Assembly (NCBI RefSeq): GCF_006345805.1
Contig: NC_043000.1
Location: 121,086,001-121,150,000 of the forward strand
Reading direction: 5' to 3'
DNA from: Octopus sinensis
Taxonomy: Eukaryota
DNA length: 64,000 nt
Position 1 is the stretch's first letter; each line of letters opens with the position of its first letter. The position numbers were made by a program, and so were the translations under genes. The notes beneath the pieces were generated by a model, which had not been told where the DNA came from, did not search any database, and saw nothing but the letters and a program-made list of their open reading frames with translations. Positions 63,734 to 64,000 of this stretch are shown in pieces.

Positions 63734-64000
63734 GGCAGGAATGGCTGTGTAATAAATAGCTTTCTTACCAACCACATGATTCCGGGTTCATTCCCACCAC
63801 GTGGCACCGTGGGCATGTAACTTCTACTATAGCCTCGGGCCGACCAAAGCCTTGTGAGTAGATTTGGTAGACGGAAACTGAAAGAAGCCCGTCGTATATA
63901 TGTATATAAATATATGTGTGTGTGTGTGTGTGTGTTTGTATGTTTGTCTATCTGTGTTTGTCCCCCAACATCGCTTGACAACCGATGGTAATGTGTAACT
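63734..64000 (+). mobile_element. SINE family A, running off the window end
   Basis: Head and body match family A. Confidence 0.88.

Overview
AT-rich eukaryotic non-coding DNA, dense in (TA)n/(CA)n/(GATA)n/(AAT)n microsatellites. The repeat families suggest a cephalopod, probably Octopus (inference, not confirmed). I found no confidently recognisable host exon, rRNA, intact tRNA or CRISPR array, and most listed ORFs are microsatellite artefacts. The window is a mosaic of mobile elements: (i) Penelope-like element (PLE) remnants, two with intact-looking GIY-YIG domains; (ii) R4/Dong-clade LINE remnants beside trinucleotide microsatellites; (iii) several tRNA-derived SINE families, one retroposed as TSD-flanked dimers and trimers; (iv) Tc1/mariner derivatives including a fold-back element; (v) non-autonomous Helitrons and HINE/DINE-1-like elements; (vi) a TIR MITE carrying telomere-like motifs. 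The most interesting signal is a set of short inserts carrying minimal hammerhead-ribozyme (HHR) motifs. One of them (50193-50465) fuses a tRNA-type Pol III head to an HHR and has a PLE-style inverted tail, making it a candidate PLE-mobilised ribozyme SINE. A second highlight is a 14-unit array (26086-27106) that is a reiterated inverted copy of sequence 3.6 kb away, on the far side of a PLE insertion. All alignments, folds and counts were done by eye.
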